Under the pieces are notes generated by a model. It was not told where the DNA came from and did not search any database. It saw only the letters and a program-made list of their open reading frames with translations. Source: Patescibacteria group bacterium (GTDB lineage: Bacteria > Patescibacteriota > Patescibacteriia > UBA10025 > JAHIVO01). From it: 64,000 nt of DNA. The stretch's first letter is position 1; each line of letters opens with the position of its first letter. Below are positions 17,329 to 27,721 of the stretch, in pieces. The stretch spans positions 80,638-144,637 of the forward strand of contig JBAZKE010000002.1 in NCBI GenBank assembly GCA_041650915.1, written 5' to 3'. The translations under genes were made by a program, and so were the position numbers.

Positions 17329-18441
17329 ATGCAATTCATTAAACTCATACTAAAAAACTTATTCAGCCGGAAAACCCGCACGGTGCTGACTATCGTGGGG
17401 ATTAGCATTGGCATTGCCACAATCGTTATCTTCGGTATGGTAACCAACGGCCTGAAAAACAGCATGGGAACGGCTTTGCGCCCGGGTTCCGCCGACTTCA
17501 CGATCGCGAAAGCTGACGCTACCGATATGATTCTGAGTGTCCTCACCACAGAGCAAATCAGCACCATTGAATCTACCGCCGGTGTTGAAACAGTAGTCCC
17601 CTACGTCATGGCAATGGCGGAATACGGCGGCAATCCCTACTTTATCATGAGCGGCATTGATCCACAGTACGCATCCGTGCTCGGTGCGACAATCATCGAA
17701 GGCCGGATGTACCAAAACGAAAATGAAATCGCGCTCGGCCGCATTGCCGCAAAAAACTACGGCCTCGCGGTGAATGGCACGATGGCCATCAACGGCAAGG
17801 CGTACAGCATCGTCGGTATTTTCGAGTCCGGCGTGACGATGCAGGATGGCGGTGCGGCTATAACCATCAAAGAAGCGCAACGGATCAATAGCATGCAAGA
17901 AGGCCAAGTAAGCATGGCTATGGTGAAAGTTAAACCGGGCCTCGAGCCGCGTGCCGTCGCAGATGAAATAGAAAAAGCCGATTCCGGCCTCATCGGCATC
18001 GTGGATGTTGATGACTTCAATTCAATTGACCAGGGCTTGAACATCGTCGACTCCGTATCCTGGGCGATTTCAGCGCTCGCCATGGTAATCGGGGGAGTCG
18101 GCGTTATGAATACAATCATCATGTCTGTGTTTGAGCGTACGCGGGAAATCGGCGTGCTGCGCGCGGTCGGCTGGAAACGGAAGCGCATTATGATGATGAT
18201 CCTGGGCGAAGCTATTTTCATCGCCCTCGCCTCCACCGTGCTCGGTGCGCTCCTGGGGCTTGGTATGGTATGGCTCACCATGCAAACCAACATGGGCAAA
18301 TCGTGGCTCGACATCTCTCTCGAACCGACCGTCTTTCTGCAGGCACTGCTCGTTGCACTCGTCGTCGTTATCATTGGAGCGGTATACCCATCCTACCGCG
18401 CTTCACGCTTTTCGCCCATGGAAGCGCTTCGCTACGAATAA
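17329..18441 (+). CDS. ABC transporter permease (MacB/FtsX-like)
   Basis: RTVLTIVGI, MSVFERTREIGVLRAVG, PMEALRYE. Confidence 0.93.
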   Translation: MQFIKLILKNLFSRKTRTVLTIVGISIGIATIVIFGMVTNGLKNSMGTALRPGSADFTIAKADATDMILSVLTTEQISTIESTAGVETVVPYVMAMAEYGGNPYFIMSGIDPQYASVLGATIIEGRMYQNENEIALGRIAAKNYGLAVNGTMAINGKAYSIVGIFESGVTMQDGGAAITIKEAQRINSMQEGQVSMAMVKVKPGLEPRAVADEIEKADSGLIGIVDVDDFNSIDQGLNIVDSVSWAISALAMVIGGVGVMNTIIMSVFERTREIGVLRAVGWKRKRIMMMILGEAIFIALASTVLGALLGLGMVWLTMQTNMGKSWLDISLEPTVFLQALLVALVVVIIGAVYPSYRASRFSPMEALRYE

Positions 18442-18445
18442 ATAT

Positions 18446-19108
18446 ATGGACGACTACATCATCCGAACTGAAAACGTAAAAAAATATTTTGAGGGAGGCC
18501 GGGTCAAAGCCTTGGACGGCGTTAACATTGCGATCAGGCGCGGAGAGTACGTGTCGATCATCGGGCGGTCAGGTTCCGGCAAATCCACCCTGCTCAACAT
18601 GATATCCGCCATGGATCGGCCAACCTCCGGCAAGGTTTTTTTCGACGGTATTGACTTAACCACATATAATAAGCTCGATGAAGTGCGCAGTCACAAAATC
18701 GGCTTTATTTTTCAGCTCCACAATCTTTTGCCGCACCTCACCGCCCAGGAAAACATCATGATCCCCATGCATGAGATTAAAAGCCCGGCATCCGATAAAG
18801 AAAAAAAGGCGCTCTCCCTGCTGGAACAGATTGGCATCGGATACCTTGCCGACAAGCCGCCGACGAGAATGTCGGGCGGCGAACGCCAGCGCGTGGCGAT
18901 TGCCCGGGCGCTCGCAAACGATCCGGCAGTCGTGCTCGGCGATGAGCCGACTGGCGATGTGGACACCAAAACCGGCAAGCTCATCATGGACACCCTCGAG
19001 CGCCTCAATCGGGAAAGGGGCGTTACGCTCGTCGTGGTAACGCACGCGCTCGACATCGCCAAGCAGGCGTCCCGCACGATCGAGATCCGCGACGGAAGAG
19101 TGGTTTAG
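18446..19108 (+). CDS. ABC transporter ATP-binding protein (LolD-like)
   Basis: GRSGSGKST, MSGGERQRVAIARAL, DEPTG. Confidence 0.95.
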   Translation: MDDYIIRTENVKKYFEGGRVKALDGVNIAIRRGEYVSIIGRSGSGKSTLLNMISAMDRPTSGKVFFDGIDLTTYNKLDEVRSHKIGFIFQLHNLLPHLTAQENIMIPMHEIKSPASDKEKKALSLLEQIGIGYLADKPPTRMSGGERQRVAIARALANDPAVVLGDEPTGDVDTKTGKLIMDTLERLNRERGVTLVVVTHALDIAKQASRTIEIRDGRVV

Positions 19109-19138
19109 AAACAGTACCGATCAGTAACGTTCCACACT

Positions 19139-19597
19139 ATGACATCTCTCGTCATATATGATTCCCAGTTCGGCAACACTCAGAAGGTCGCCGGGCAAAT
19201 CGCCCGGGGAGCCGGGGCTGTGCTCATGCCGCTATCTGAGGCCGGGCAAACCGACTGGAGCTCGCTGTCACTGCTTGTCGTAGGCTCACCGACGCACGGC
19301 GGCCGCCCGTCCCAGCTGGTACAGCAGCTCCTCAACCGTATCCCTCAAAACGCCTTGCACGGAATTCGTGCTGCTGCATTCGACACGGGAATGGCCGCAG
19401 AGGGGCAAAAATTTTTTATCCGCATGATCATTGGCTTTTTCGGCTACGCAGCAAAACGCACGGCAGCCCTGCTCACAGTGAAGGGGGCTGCGGTCATTGC
19501 GTCTGAAACATTCTTCGTGCGTGGCAAGGAAGGCCCGCTGATAGAAGGGGAAGAGCGGCGGGCGTACGAGTGGGGGCAACATTTAGGAAAAATATAA
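19139..19597 (+). CDS. flavodoxin family protein
   Basis: YDSQFGNT, VGSPT and AAFDT motifs. Confidence 0.9.
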   Translation: MTSLVIYDSQFGNTQKVAGQIARGAGAVLMPLSEAGQTDWSSLSLLVVGSPTHGGRPSQLVQQLLNRIPQNALHGIRAAAFDTGMAAEGQKFFIRMIIGFFGYAAKRTAALLTVKGAAVIASETFFVRGKEGPLIEGEERRAYEWGQHLGKI

Positions 19598-19617
19598 CCC
19601 GTGAGTTACGGAACGCT

Positions 19618-19836
19618 ATGCAGAAAAAAACTCTCCTGATCGCAGGAATCATTGCAATCGTCGCCATTGGAATGGCAATCATCTTCCTTACGGGCCCGAA
19701 AGAATGCGCCGAAATGGACGAAGAGGAGTGCAGAATGGCGGATGAGTGCATCAGCACCATCGTGCCGGTACCGTGCGAGACTGAACCGTGCGAGCTCAGG
19801 ACCGAATTCAAGGAGTGCAAAGCGAAAACTGAATAG
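19618..19836 (+). CDS. small membrane-anchored Cys-rich protein
   Basis: TM followed by an acidic domain with six Cys. Confidence 0.6.
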   Translation: MQKKTLLIAGIIAIVAIGMAIIFLTGPKECAEMDEEECRMADECISTIVPVPCETEPCELRTEFKECKAKTE

Positions 19837-19967
19837 CGGATACCGTTCTGTGGGCGCACGTTTGCATTGAAATAGTTGAGCAAGAGTGCACGTTTTTATC
19901 ATTGCTGTCCTCCGGCAGGAAACTTTGGTATACTGGAGATTACTTAACTACGGTAACCAACAAGGTT

Positions 19968-20936
19968 GTGCGCCTAAGAAAAATCAGTATCGTGGCTGCG
20001 TGTGCGGTAATGCTCGCGGCGTTCCTGTGGGCATTCGACGGTGTCGTGCTGACGCCGTGGGTTACCGATCTCGGCCTGTATGATGTCCCGACCTTTGTCT
20101 TTATGCTGCACGCAGTTGCGTCGGTTTTTTTGGCTTACTTCCTGATAAAACGCAGGGGTGAGCTCAAAAATCTCAACTCAAAGGACTGGGTCGCATTCAT
20201 CCTGACCGGAATCTTCGGCGGGGCAATCGGCACCATGGCAATTGTTGCCGCCATCATCGAGGTGCACACGGCACACCTCAACATTGCAGTCGTGCTCCTG
20301 CTGCAGAAGCTGCAGCCGATCTTCGCGATCCTCCTCGCGCTCGCCTGGCTCCGTGAGCGCCCCAAGAAAATATTTTACCTATGGGCGGCCGTCGCGCTAG
20401 TCGGGAGCTACCTGCTCACGTTCGGATTCGACAGGGCGGACTTCGATACCAGCGGCATGCTCAAACCCGCGCTGCTCGCCGTTCTCGCTGCATTCTCCTT
20501 CGGATCCTCGACTGTTTTCTCGAAAAAGGCGATTGCGAAGGTAAGCCACGGGCTCGGCACATCGCTCCGCTTTTCCATTACGACCGGCGTGATGATCGCC
20601 ATCATTGCCTGCATCACGCTGCTCAATGCGCTCGATGTCGATACTGGATACGAAGGAATACAAGGCTTCTCAATAATCAACTGGAATCTCATCGGCGCTT
20701 TCGTCATTATCGCGCTCACGACGGGGGGCACCGCGATCTTCATTTACTACTGGGGTCTGAAGCGCATGCTCGCCTCGCGCTCCACCATCTACGAGCTGAT
20801 GTTTCCGGTCAGTGCAATCGTGCTTGAGTTCTTCATCCACGACCAAACGTTCGCTGCAGGACAGTGGCTCGGGGCGGCGATCGTATTCGCCGCAATAGTC
20901 GCAATTGCCAACCTCAAAAGCACAACGGTGGCGTAG
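19968..20936 (+). CDS. DMT/EamA family transporter
   Basis: About ten TM segments in two repeats; LLQKLQPIFA..L.ERP; start uncertain. Confidence 0.85.
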   Translation: MRLRKISIVAACAVMLAAFLWAFDGVVLTPWVTDLGLYDVPTFVFMLHAVASVFLAYFLIKRRGELKNLNSKDWVAFILTGIFGGAIGTMAIVAAIIEVHTAHLNIAVVLLLQKLQPIFAILLALAWLRERPKKIFYLWAAVALVGSYLLTFGFDRADFDTSGMLKPALLAVLAAFSFGSSTVFSKKAIAKVSHGLGTSLRFSITTGVMIAIIACITLLNALDVDTGYEGIQGFSIINWNLIGAFVIIALTTGGTAIFIYYWGLKRMLASRSTIYELMFPVSAIVLEFFIHDQTFAAGQWLGAAIVFAAIVAIANLKSTTVA

Positions 20937-21017
20937 CGCTGCGCGAGAAGGGGAAACCTCGAGGCAGATAGTTGCAGGGCTGAATGGCAAACTTTCCGAA
21001 AAATTATATAGCAAACC

Positions 21018-21048
21018 AAAAAGATCCCGTTTGACCGGGATCTTTTTG
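21018..21048. terminator. bidirectional intrinsic terminator
   Basis: AAAAAGATCCCG-TTTGAC-CGGGATCTTTTT between convergent genes. Confidence 0.8.
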
Positions 21049-21062
21049 TATCTTTCGAAACC

Positions 21063-21350
21063 TTAGCGATCTTGGAAACTGCCGCCACCGCGGGGTCGAT
21101 TGGTCATCGGCCGCGCTTCGTTGACGACGATTGCTCGACCGTCGAGCTCCTGGCCGTTGAGTGAATCAACGGCTGCTTTCGCCTCGTCATCAGATGCCAT
21201 TTCGACGAAGCCGAAGCCCCGTGAACGGCCTGAAATGCGATCGATGATCACGCTTGCGCTCTCGACGGTCCCCGCCTGGGAGAAAAACTCCTTGAGCGAG
21301 TCGTCGTTAACGCCATAGGAAAGGTTTCCTACGTATAGCTTCTTTGCCAT
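21063..21350 (-). CDS. RRM-domain RNA-binding protein
   Basis: LYVGNL (RNP2), RGFGFVEM (RNP1), VNEARP. Confidence 0.95.
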   Translation of the reverse strand: MAKKLYVGNLSYGVNDDSLKEFFSQAGTVESASVIIDRISGRSRGFGFVEMASDDEAKAAVDSLNGQELDGRAIVVNEARPMTNRPRGGGSFQDR

Positions 21351-21505
21351 GTAATGTACGCGTGTTAGATGGATAAAACGCTATCTTTTAGGAAGACCTT
21401 TACCCCTAATGAAACCATTAGATTACCCTAAAAAGACTTGCAGCGTCATACTAGCAAACGGAGGCGCCACTGTCAAGCCTGGCCATACGGTGCCGGGTCC
21501 GACCG

Positions 21506-23026
21506 TCAATCCTCACGCCTGTACAGCAGCGCTGTTCCGATCGTATCGAGGTGGCGGTATCCGAATTCATTCAAGAGTGTGTGGTACTGCCGCGCATCGG
21601 GAGCCCAGTTGCCGATGACCGCAAAACTCGGGATCCGATGTGCAATCAGAATTTTAACGTCATCATACGAAAGGATGCGGTAGATCGCCCGTTCATCAGC
21701 TTCAACGCTGTCCCCGACTTCCACCCCGAAATGGTTCTCCATCCCGCGCACAATATGCTGGGAGGTGGCAATGACGTATCCGGGCCAAAAAGTGAGGACA
21801 TCGCCATGCGCCGTATTTTCACGATCAATAGCGCCCGCAATCCGGGTGACGGTGCTAATTTTCCAGTCTGCGGCGTGCCGGCTGGCGTCCACACCCGGCA
21901 CGTCAATGCCCGTCACGGTGTACCGGTACAGTTCCGCGGCGGCGACTGCTCCGTACACAACCAGTAGCATGCAGACCATGACGGTAATGCTCGTGCGCCC
22001 GATCCGCCTGAGAAAATCACCATAGAGGAGCACCGACTGCAAAACCATGAACGGGATCAGGATCGAAAAGTACTGGACAAAAGTCGGCGTCGGCAAAAAG
22101 CATACAACGAAAAGGGGCACGGTAAGCAGCAAAGCAAACGGCACTCTTCGCTTTGATACGTAGTGGCAAACTCCGTACGCTGCCGTAGCAATGAGCAGCA
22201 GCAGAAACTGCAGCCCGAGGAGCCTTTCGGTGCCACCAATCGCGAGCATCTGCTTGAACACCTCCACCTTCTGGCCAAAGTCGCCGATCAACCCTCCATT
22301 ACCCCTCAATGAATGGTACGTTATATTGTTAAATACAAATTGGTCGGGGAATAAACCGATATAGATAAAGCTCGGAACCAATCCGATCAGCAATCCGACC
22401 GTGAAGAGCGCGAGCAGGCGCAGTTGTCGGCGTTTTCCGGCGCAGCGGTAGATGTGGTAAAGAAAAAAAGGGACGAGAGCTGCGATGAACAAACGCACAT
22501 CAACCGCACATCCGAGGACAAGTCCGCTCCAAAAATATTTTTTCCCTGCCGCACTGCCCGATAGCAAATAAAACGCCGCAAACAGCAGCAATGCCACGAT
22601 GCTGTGTGTTTTGACGACAGTCAGCCAGCCGAAAACCAAGCTCGTCATGCTGTAGAGCGCGGCGGCAACGACACCCATCCACGCGTTACGGGTCCGTTTC
22701 TGAATGTACAGGTACAGCAGGCACCCCGTACACAGCGCAAAACACAGGGAGAGGATCCGCCCTGAATACCAGCCGATACCGGCGATTGTATCGACCGCGC
22801 CGTAGATGTAGGGAAGGAGCGGCATTTGAGGGTAGAAAAAATCTCTGTACAGCACGTCGCCGCCTGCAACGAGCTTGCTTGCCAGAATATAGAAACCCTC
22901 GTCGCCATCGATAATGCGCCAGAGAACCGCGGTCAATAAAAAAAGCAGTTGAATAACGGTAACAAGTATAAACCCGGCGCGGGCTGAAACAGGCGGAATG
23001 GAGGACAATCGGCTCAATGTAATCAT
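21506..23026 (-). CDS. GT-C membrane glycosyltransferase (ArnT/PMT-like)
   Basis: DEGFY in the first loop, LYRDFFYPQMP; polytopic. Confidence 0.8.
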   Translation of the reverse strand: MITLSRLSSIPPVSARAGFILVTVIQLLFLLTAVLWRIIDGDEGFYILASKLVAGGDVLYRDFFYPQMPLLPYIYGAVDTIAGIGWYSGRILSLCFALCTGCLLYLYIQKRTRNAWMGVVAAALYSMTSLVFGWLTVVKTHSIVALLLFAAFYLLSGSAAGKKYFWSGLVLGCAVDVRLFIAALVPFFLYHIYRCAGKRRQLRLLALFTVGLLIGLVPSFIYIGLFPDQFVFNNITYHSLRGNGGLIGDFGQKVEVFKQMLAIGGTERLLGLQFLLLLIATAAYGVCHYVSKRRVPFALLLTVPLFVVCFLPTPTFVQYFSILIPFMVLQSVLLYGDFLRRIGRTSITVMVCMLLVVYGAVAAAELYRYTVTGIDVPGVDASRHAADWKISTVTRIAGAIDRENTAHGDVLTFWPGYVIATSQHIVRGMENHFGVEVGDSVEADERAIYRILSYDDVKILIAHRIPSFAVIGNWAPDARQYHTLLNEFGYRHLDTIGTALLYRRED

Positions 23027-23249
23027 CCTGTGATAATAAAAGTATTCGGACAGCTACTCTATTACTATAACACCCAAAGTCTATCCGTGGAATGCAAAAA
23101 AGGGACTTTTTTGCTACAATGGCACTGTAACAACAAAACAGCCCATCGCCGGCACCACCGGGGAAAGGGGAGCGGCATGGGCAGCTCCTTGCGCGATTGA
23201 GGGCAAAAAAGCTACACTTTACCATAGCTCAATAGTAACCAACAAACGT

Positions 23250-23477
23250 ATGGTCTTCGACTTCAAGGACGATGTCGTTGACGAGGACGGGATCCTCGAC
23301 CGTTACTCGTACAAGGATAAAATGAAAAAATTTCTCCCAGTCATGAAGACGGCAAAAGAGAAGAGGAAAAAACAGCAAATCGAGTTCAAACACCGCGGGA
23401 GAACGTACGAGTTCGTCGCCGACAAGGAGGGGACCGCGAGCCTCCGCAAAAAGCCAATCAAAGGCGGCTTTTTTTAG
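23250..23477 (+). CDS. small hypothetical protein
   Basis: 75-aa charged ORF co-oriented with the next gene. Confidence 0.6.
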   Translation: MVFDFKDDVVDEDGILDRYSYKDKMKKFLPVMKTAKEKRKKQQIEFKHRGRTYEFVADKEGTASLRKKPIKGGFF

Positions 23478-23521
23478 CTCAACGCGGCAGCCCGTTTGCC
23501 CGCATCCAATTTAAAAATTCT

Positions 23522-24070
23522 ATGGTTTTACTGCACACGCCTGCGGCTGCGCTCGGCGAACGCATTCACCAATTCTCGCTTCCGGGAACGGACGGCAAGA
23601 TATACTCGCCCGCATCATTCACAGCGGCGCCTGCTGTCGTAATCGTATTTACCTGCAACCACTGCCCGTACGCCCAATACGCCAAGCCGAAGCTCATCGA
23701 GCTGAACAGGCTATTCGCGCCGCAGGGAGTGCAGTTCGTAGCAATCAATCCGAACGATGCCGATGCATACCCGGAAGATAGCTTCGAGAGCATGAAGCAG
23801 CCTGAATATAACCTCCCCTTCCCGTATCTCCGCGATGAATCCCAAGCTGTTGCACAAGAGTATGGCGCTGTCTGCACGCCAGATATTTTCGTATACGATG
23901 GGCGGCGGGAACTGGCATACCGAGGGCAGGTTGACAATGGCCGTCCAGGCCACGAATCAACCACCGATGACCTGAAACAGGCGCTGCAGCTGGTCCTCGA
24001 CGGCCAAAAAATTACGGCACCCCAGCAGCCGTCAGCAGGCTGCTCAATCAAATGGAAAGAAACCGCGTAG
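23522..24070 (+). CDS. thioredoxin-fold (AhpC/TSA-like) protein
   Basis: CNHCPY, CTPDIF, YRGQVD and GCSIKW motifs. Confidence 0.92.
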   Translation: MVLLHTPAAALGERIHQFSLPGTDGKIYSPASFTAAPAVVIVFTCNHCPYAQYAKPKLIELNRLFAPQGVQFVAINPNDADAYPEDSFESMKQPEYNLPFPYLRDESQAVAQEYGAVCTPDIFVYDGRRELAYRGQVDNGRPGHESTTDDLKQALQLVLDGQKITAPQQPSAGCSIKWKETA

Positions 24071-24073
24071 GGG

Positions 24074-24102
24074 TTGACAGTTTGCCGTTTATCAGCTATT
24101 GT
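24074..24102 (+). promoter_or_regulatory. sigma70-like promoter
   Basis: TTGACA-N17-TATTGT. Confidence 0.55.
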
Positions 24103-24128
24103 GATCGATTAGAACCGTGCGGAAAACT

Positions 24129-25739
24129 ATGGCAAATAAGAATACAATTTCACCGATAGCACGTGAACTCAGCGAAGTATTTCGCGCGCAGCGCGGCGTT
24201 GAGTCAATACGCGCGACAGTCGACGAGCCCAAGCTTAAAGTCGACGAAACGGTCGGTAAAGTGGCGTACGTCTACGAGAAAGTGCGCGTCGCGATCGATT
24301 ACCAAGAGGAGCACTTGATACGGAAAAACGCGATTGCACGCATGCTCAAGCGGCGCATTACCATGCGGGAGCGCGGCAGGAACATTGCAGCGCCCCTGCT
24401 CCGTGAACTCATCCGCGCCGGGTACCTCAAGAACAACTACTTCCCCGAGTCGAGGATCCCGGACATTGAACGCATGGTAGCAAAGTACGTACGGCTCATC
24501 GATATCGCAGCGAGCCGGAATCCGAACCTCAAAGAACGAAACAGGACGATAAAATGGATTACGCAGGTGGCATCTGCGGAAATTGAGGCATATCTCTCAC
24601 CGACGATTAAAGATGACGCGCTCGTCGAAGCAATGTATAAGACGATCCGAAGCCAGATCGACCTTACTGAACAGATGAGGGCAGTTGAGGACCAAGACAT
24701 CCAGGTCTACATCGCCATCCACCGGGCGCTTGTCAAGTCAGACCACGCGATACTCCGGTACCACCTCACATACTACTACGCACCGTGGTGGCGGTACGCG
24801 ACCGACGAAGAAATTGAAGCTTTTGCCGTGCAGCTTCCGCGTCTCATGCGGAAAATCGAGCTGCAAATTTCCAATAAGCTTTCTGACCGGCTCTTCCGGT
24901 ACGCAAAAAAGTTCGCGCCGCTTTTTCTCATATTCAAAGACATCCTCAATGAGCGCGCGGCTGACTACGAAGCACTGCTCGCTGACCCGAATCAGCTCGA
25001 GAGCGCGATACGGAAAACGTGCGATAAGCGTTATACTGAATCAAGTACCAAGCTCAGCCGCGGTGTTTTTCGAAGCATTATCTACATCTTTTTCACGAAG
25101 ACGATTATGGCATTTGCGCTCGAGCTCCCCTACGAAGCGATTTTCCTGAGCCAAATCAAGCTCCTGCCGCTCGCTATCAATGTCGTATTCCACCCGTTCC
25201 TCATGTTCATTATCGCCACCTCTATCCGCGTGCCGGCTGAAGAAAATACGCGAAAAATATTCCAGGGAATCTCCGAAATAGTGTACGATCCCGATGAGAA
25301 AGTCCTGCTCAAACAGCGCGAGCGCACCTTCAGGACGAGCCGAGCCCTCAATGCCGTCTTTTCGCTGCTCTACGCCGCCGCATTCATCATAACGTTCGGC
25401 GGCATTATCTGGCTCCTCCGCGTTCTTGACTTCTCGTCCGTCAGCTCATTCCTCTTCGTCTTCTTCCTCAGCGTCATCAGCTTTTTTGCCCTGCACCTCC
25501 GAAACAATGCAAAGGAACTCGTCATGGTATCAAAACGGGACAGCGCACTGATGGCAGTCATCGACTTTTTCGCCCTTCCGGTGCTCCGTGCGGGCCGGTG
25601 GATTTCGAGCAAAACATCGAAAGTCAATATTTTCATGTTTATCATGGACTTCGTCATCGAAGCTCCATTTAAGGTACTCATCGAAACGGTTGAAGACTGG
25701 CTCGCCTTCCAAAGGCAGAAAAAAGAAGAAATTATGTAA
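24129..25739 (+). CDS. hypothetical protein with helical N-domain and C-terminal membrane domain
   Basis: Long ORF with its own promoter and terminator; four or more TM segments in the C-terminal half. Confidence 0.8.
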   Translation: MANKNTISPIARELSEVFRAQRGVESIRATVDEPKLKVDETVGKVAYVYEKVRVAIDYQEEHLIRKNAIARMLKRRITMRERGRNIAAPLLRELIRAGYLKNNYFPESRIPDIERMVAKYVRLIDIAASRNPNLKERNRTIKWITQVASAEIEAYLSPTIKDDALVEAMYKTIRSQIDLTEQMRAVEDQDIQVYIAIHRALVKSDHAILRYHLTYYYAPWWRYATDEEIEAFAVQLPRLMRKIELQISNKLSDRLFRYAKKFAPLFLIFKDILNERAADYEALLADPNQLESAIRKTCDKRYTESSTKLSRGVFRSIIYIFFTKTIMAFALELPYEAIFLSQIKLLPLAINVVFHPFLMFIIATSIRVPAEENTRKIFQGISEIVYDPDEKVLLKQRERTFRTSRALNAVFSLLYAAAFIITFGGIIWLLRVLDFSSVSSFLFVFFLSVISFFALHLRNNAKELVMVSKRDSALMAVIDFFALPVLRAGRWISSKTSKVNIFMFIMDFVIEAPFKVLIETVEDWLAFQRQKKEEIM

Positions 25740-25747
25740 AAATAATC

Positions 25748-25785
25748 AAAAAAAGCTCCCCCCGCTAAAACGGAGGGAACTTTTT
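25748..25785. terminator. bidirectional intrinsic terminator
   Basis: A-tract, GCTCCCCCG/CGGAGGGAAC imperfect stem, T-tract, between convergent genes. Confidence 0.65.
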
Positions 25786-25799
25786 ACTTTGGAATTATA

Positions 25800-26279
25800 T
25801 TACCTGGTTACGCTGATCGTTACGCCGAGCTCAGGATCGCACGTTGCAACCGTCACGCGGCCCGTCCCCGCATCCTGCGCTACGTAGTAGTCAGTATGGC
25901 CGTCAGTGCCGGTGCTCGGATCATAGGGCAGCCCTGTAATGTACGTCGGCACCAGATTTGCGGTCAAATCCAGGGTATCGGCTTCTGCTACGACCGCTCC
26001 GCAAGCATTAGGATTGTTGCCGTCAACCCCTGCCGTGCCGAAAACCTGGTAGGTCGCGTTGATCCCCGCGGGTATTGAACCGTTGTTGTCGACGGCGTAC
26101 TGGTGGATTGCATTGAGCAGCGCATTGACGTCGTTCCACCGCTGCGCGTTCCGTGCTTGCGCAAACTGGCGGCCAGGATTAATCGCAACGATTACGATCG
26201 CGGCTAAGATGCCAATAATGCCGATGACGACGAGCAGCTCGAGCAGTGTGAAACCCTGCTTATTACTTTGTTTGGCCAT
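25800..26279 (-). CDS. type IV pilin (probable major pilin)
   Basis: Prepilin site QG|FTLLELLVVIGIIGILA. Confidence 0.92.
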   Translation of the reverse strand: MAKQSNKQGFTLLELLVVIGIIGILAAIVIVAINPGRQFAQARNAQRWNDVNALLNAIHQYAVDNNGSIPAGINATYQVFGTAGVDGNNPNACGAVVAEADTLDLTANLVPTYITGLPYDPSTGTDGHTDYYVAQDAGTGRVTVATCDPELGVTISVTR

Positions 26280-26378
26280 AAGGATATTCCTATCCAATTT
26301 AATATATAAAGTTTTTAACCTGAAAATGCTCAGACTGCTAACATTATACCACAGATACGGCACTTTAGCAAGAAAAAT

Positions 26379-27713
26379 CTAATTGTCCGTACCAAATGAA
26401 GGGCTCCCGCCGGCACTGTAATCGACATTATAGTTCACATTCTCATCCCCGAACTGGGGCCGCAGAAACAACACAATTAAAAACAAGGCTACGAGAACCG
26501 AAAAAATAACGACCATCGTGACGAACCGCTTTTTCGAGCCTTCGGACCCGCCCATCCGTGAAAACTGCGGCTGTTCCGCTTTCGATTCCCGCTGCTCGGG
26601 CATGCTCTTCCCAACCCGCCCCTGGTCGCCGCTGCGTGCGTAAAGATTGATGCCGTTCCGTATGGAATCCGAGTCAACGCCCCGGAGCGCAAGGCCGACC
26701 GCAGTGCCGTACAAAACCGGCTCTTTAATCTTTTGCAGAGACTCGCTCGAGTACTGCAAGCCCTCGAGCGGATTGCTGAGAAGTACGTTCTCTCCGAACC
26801 GCATCCGAACGTGAGCCACAAAACCCGGCATCAAGCTCACCCCGCCGGTGAGTATGATCTGCTTAACCCGCGTGCCGGTGCGCCCGGCATAACTCGCCGC
26901 CGCACGCCCAATGGAACCGACGATCTCTTCAACGAGCGGCTCAATGGCCGACTGGAACGCTCCCTCGCTGCCTTTCTTAAACTCACGGACGAGCCCGACG
27001 GTCCGCAAGAGCTGCTCAGCGCGGGCAGGATCAACCCCAAGCGCCTCACTGATAGCGCGGATGAGAGTGCGTCCGCCTTCCTTGAGCGTGGACGAGTAGC
27101 GGATGCCTCCATTGTCGTAGATGGTGACGTTGGTCGTGCGTGCGCCGACGTCTGCCATCAGGATTGCGTCGTGCTCACCGCTGCGCACTACCGTGCGTGT
27201 GAGCGCAAGTGATTCGGGCTCGAGCACGATAGGATTAAGGCCCGCCTGCCGCACAGCGCTCCGGTACCCGTCAACAATTCCTCGGTAGCATGCCACGTAT
27301 AGCACCTCACGGTACTCGGCTGTCTGATCGACAATGCCGTAATCGTAGTACACCTGGTCAAATGAGAGCGGTATCGTTTCCTCTGCCCTGAACTGCACAG
27401 ATTCGCCGACGTTCTTTTCCGATATCACTGACGGCAGGCGGAACGTATGGATAAAGGTGCGCGACTCGGGAACCGAGAGTACGACATCGGCTGTCTTTGG
27501 CGGCTTCGGTTCTGCCTGCTTGAGCATGCGGCGGATCGCTTCAGCGAGCTCATTAGGCTCGCGCACCTCGCCGTTTTCTACAATCCCGTCGCGCAACTCC
27601 GCACGGCCGTATGAGACAACTTGGAACTTTTTGAATTTTTTTTTGAGCTCAAACATTTCGACCGTGCGGTCAGAAATATCAATTCCAAATGCATGAGATG
27701 ATTTCAGTGCCAT
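26379..27713 (-). CDS. pilM: type IV pilus assembly protein PilM with C-terminal TM extension
   Basis: FGIDIS, DVGARTT, LTGGVS and AVGLALRG actin-like motifs. Confidence 0.9.
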   Translation of the reverse strand: MALKSSHAFGIDISDRTVEMFELKKKFKKFQVVSYGRAELRDGIVENGEVREPNELAEAIRRMLKQAEPKPPKTADVVLSVPESRTFIHTFRLPSVISEKNVGESVQFRAEETIPLSFDQVYYDYGIVDQTAEYREVLYVACYRGIVDGYRSAVRQAGLNPIVLEPESLALTRTVVRSGEHDAILMADVGARTTNVTIYDNGGIRYSSTLKEGGRTLIRAISEALGVDPARAEQLLRTVGLVREFKKGSEGAFQSAIEPLVEEIVGSIGRAAASYAGRTGTRVKQIILTGGVSLMPGFVAHVRMRFGENVLLSNPLEGLQYSSESLQKIKEPVLYGTAVGLALRGVDSDSIRNGINLYARSGDQGRVGKSMPEQRESKAEQPQFSRMGGSEGSKKRFVTMVVIFSVLVALFLIVLFLRPQFGDENVNYNVDYSAGGSPSFGTDN

Positions 27714-27721
27714 AGCCGAGA

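Noticed and set aside
23141-23182. GC-rich hairpin containing AAAGGGGAGCG, like the tRNA module core
   Set aside because: Only a short word is shared; there is no tRNA, anti-T segment or closing motif.
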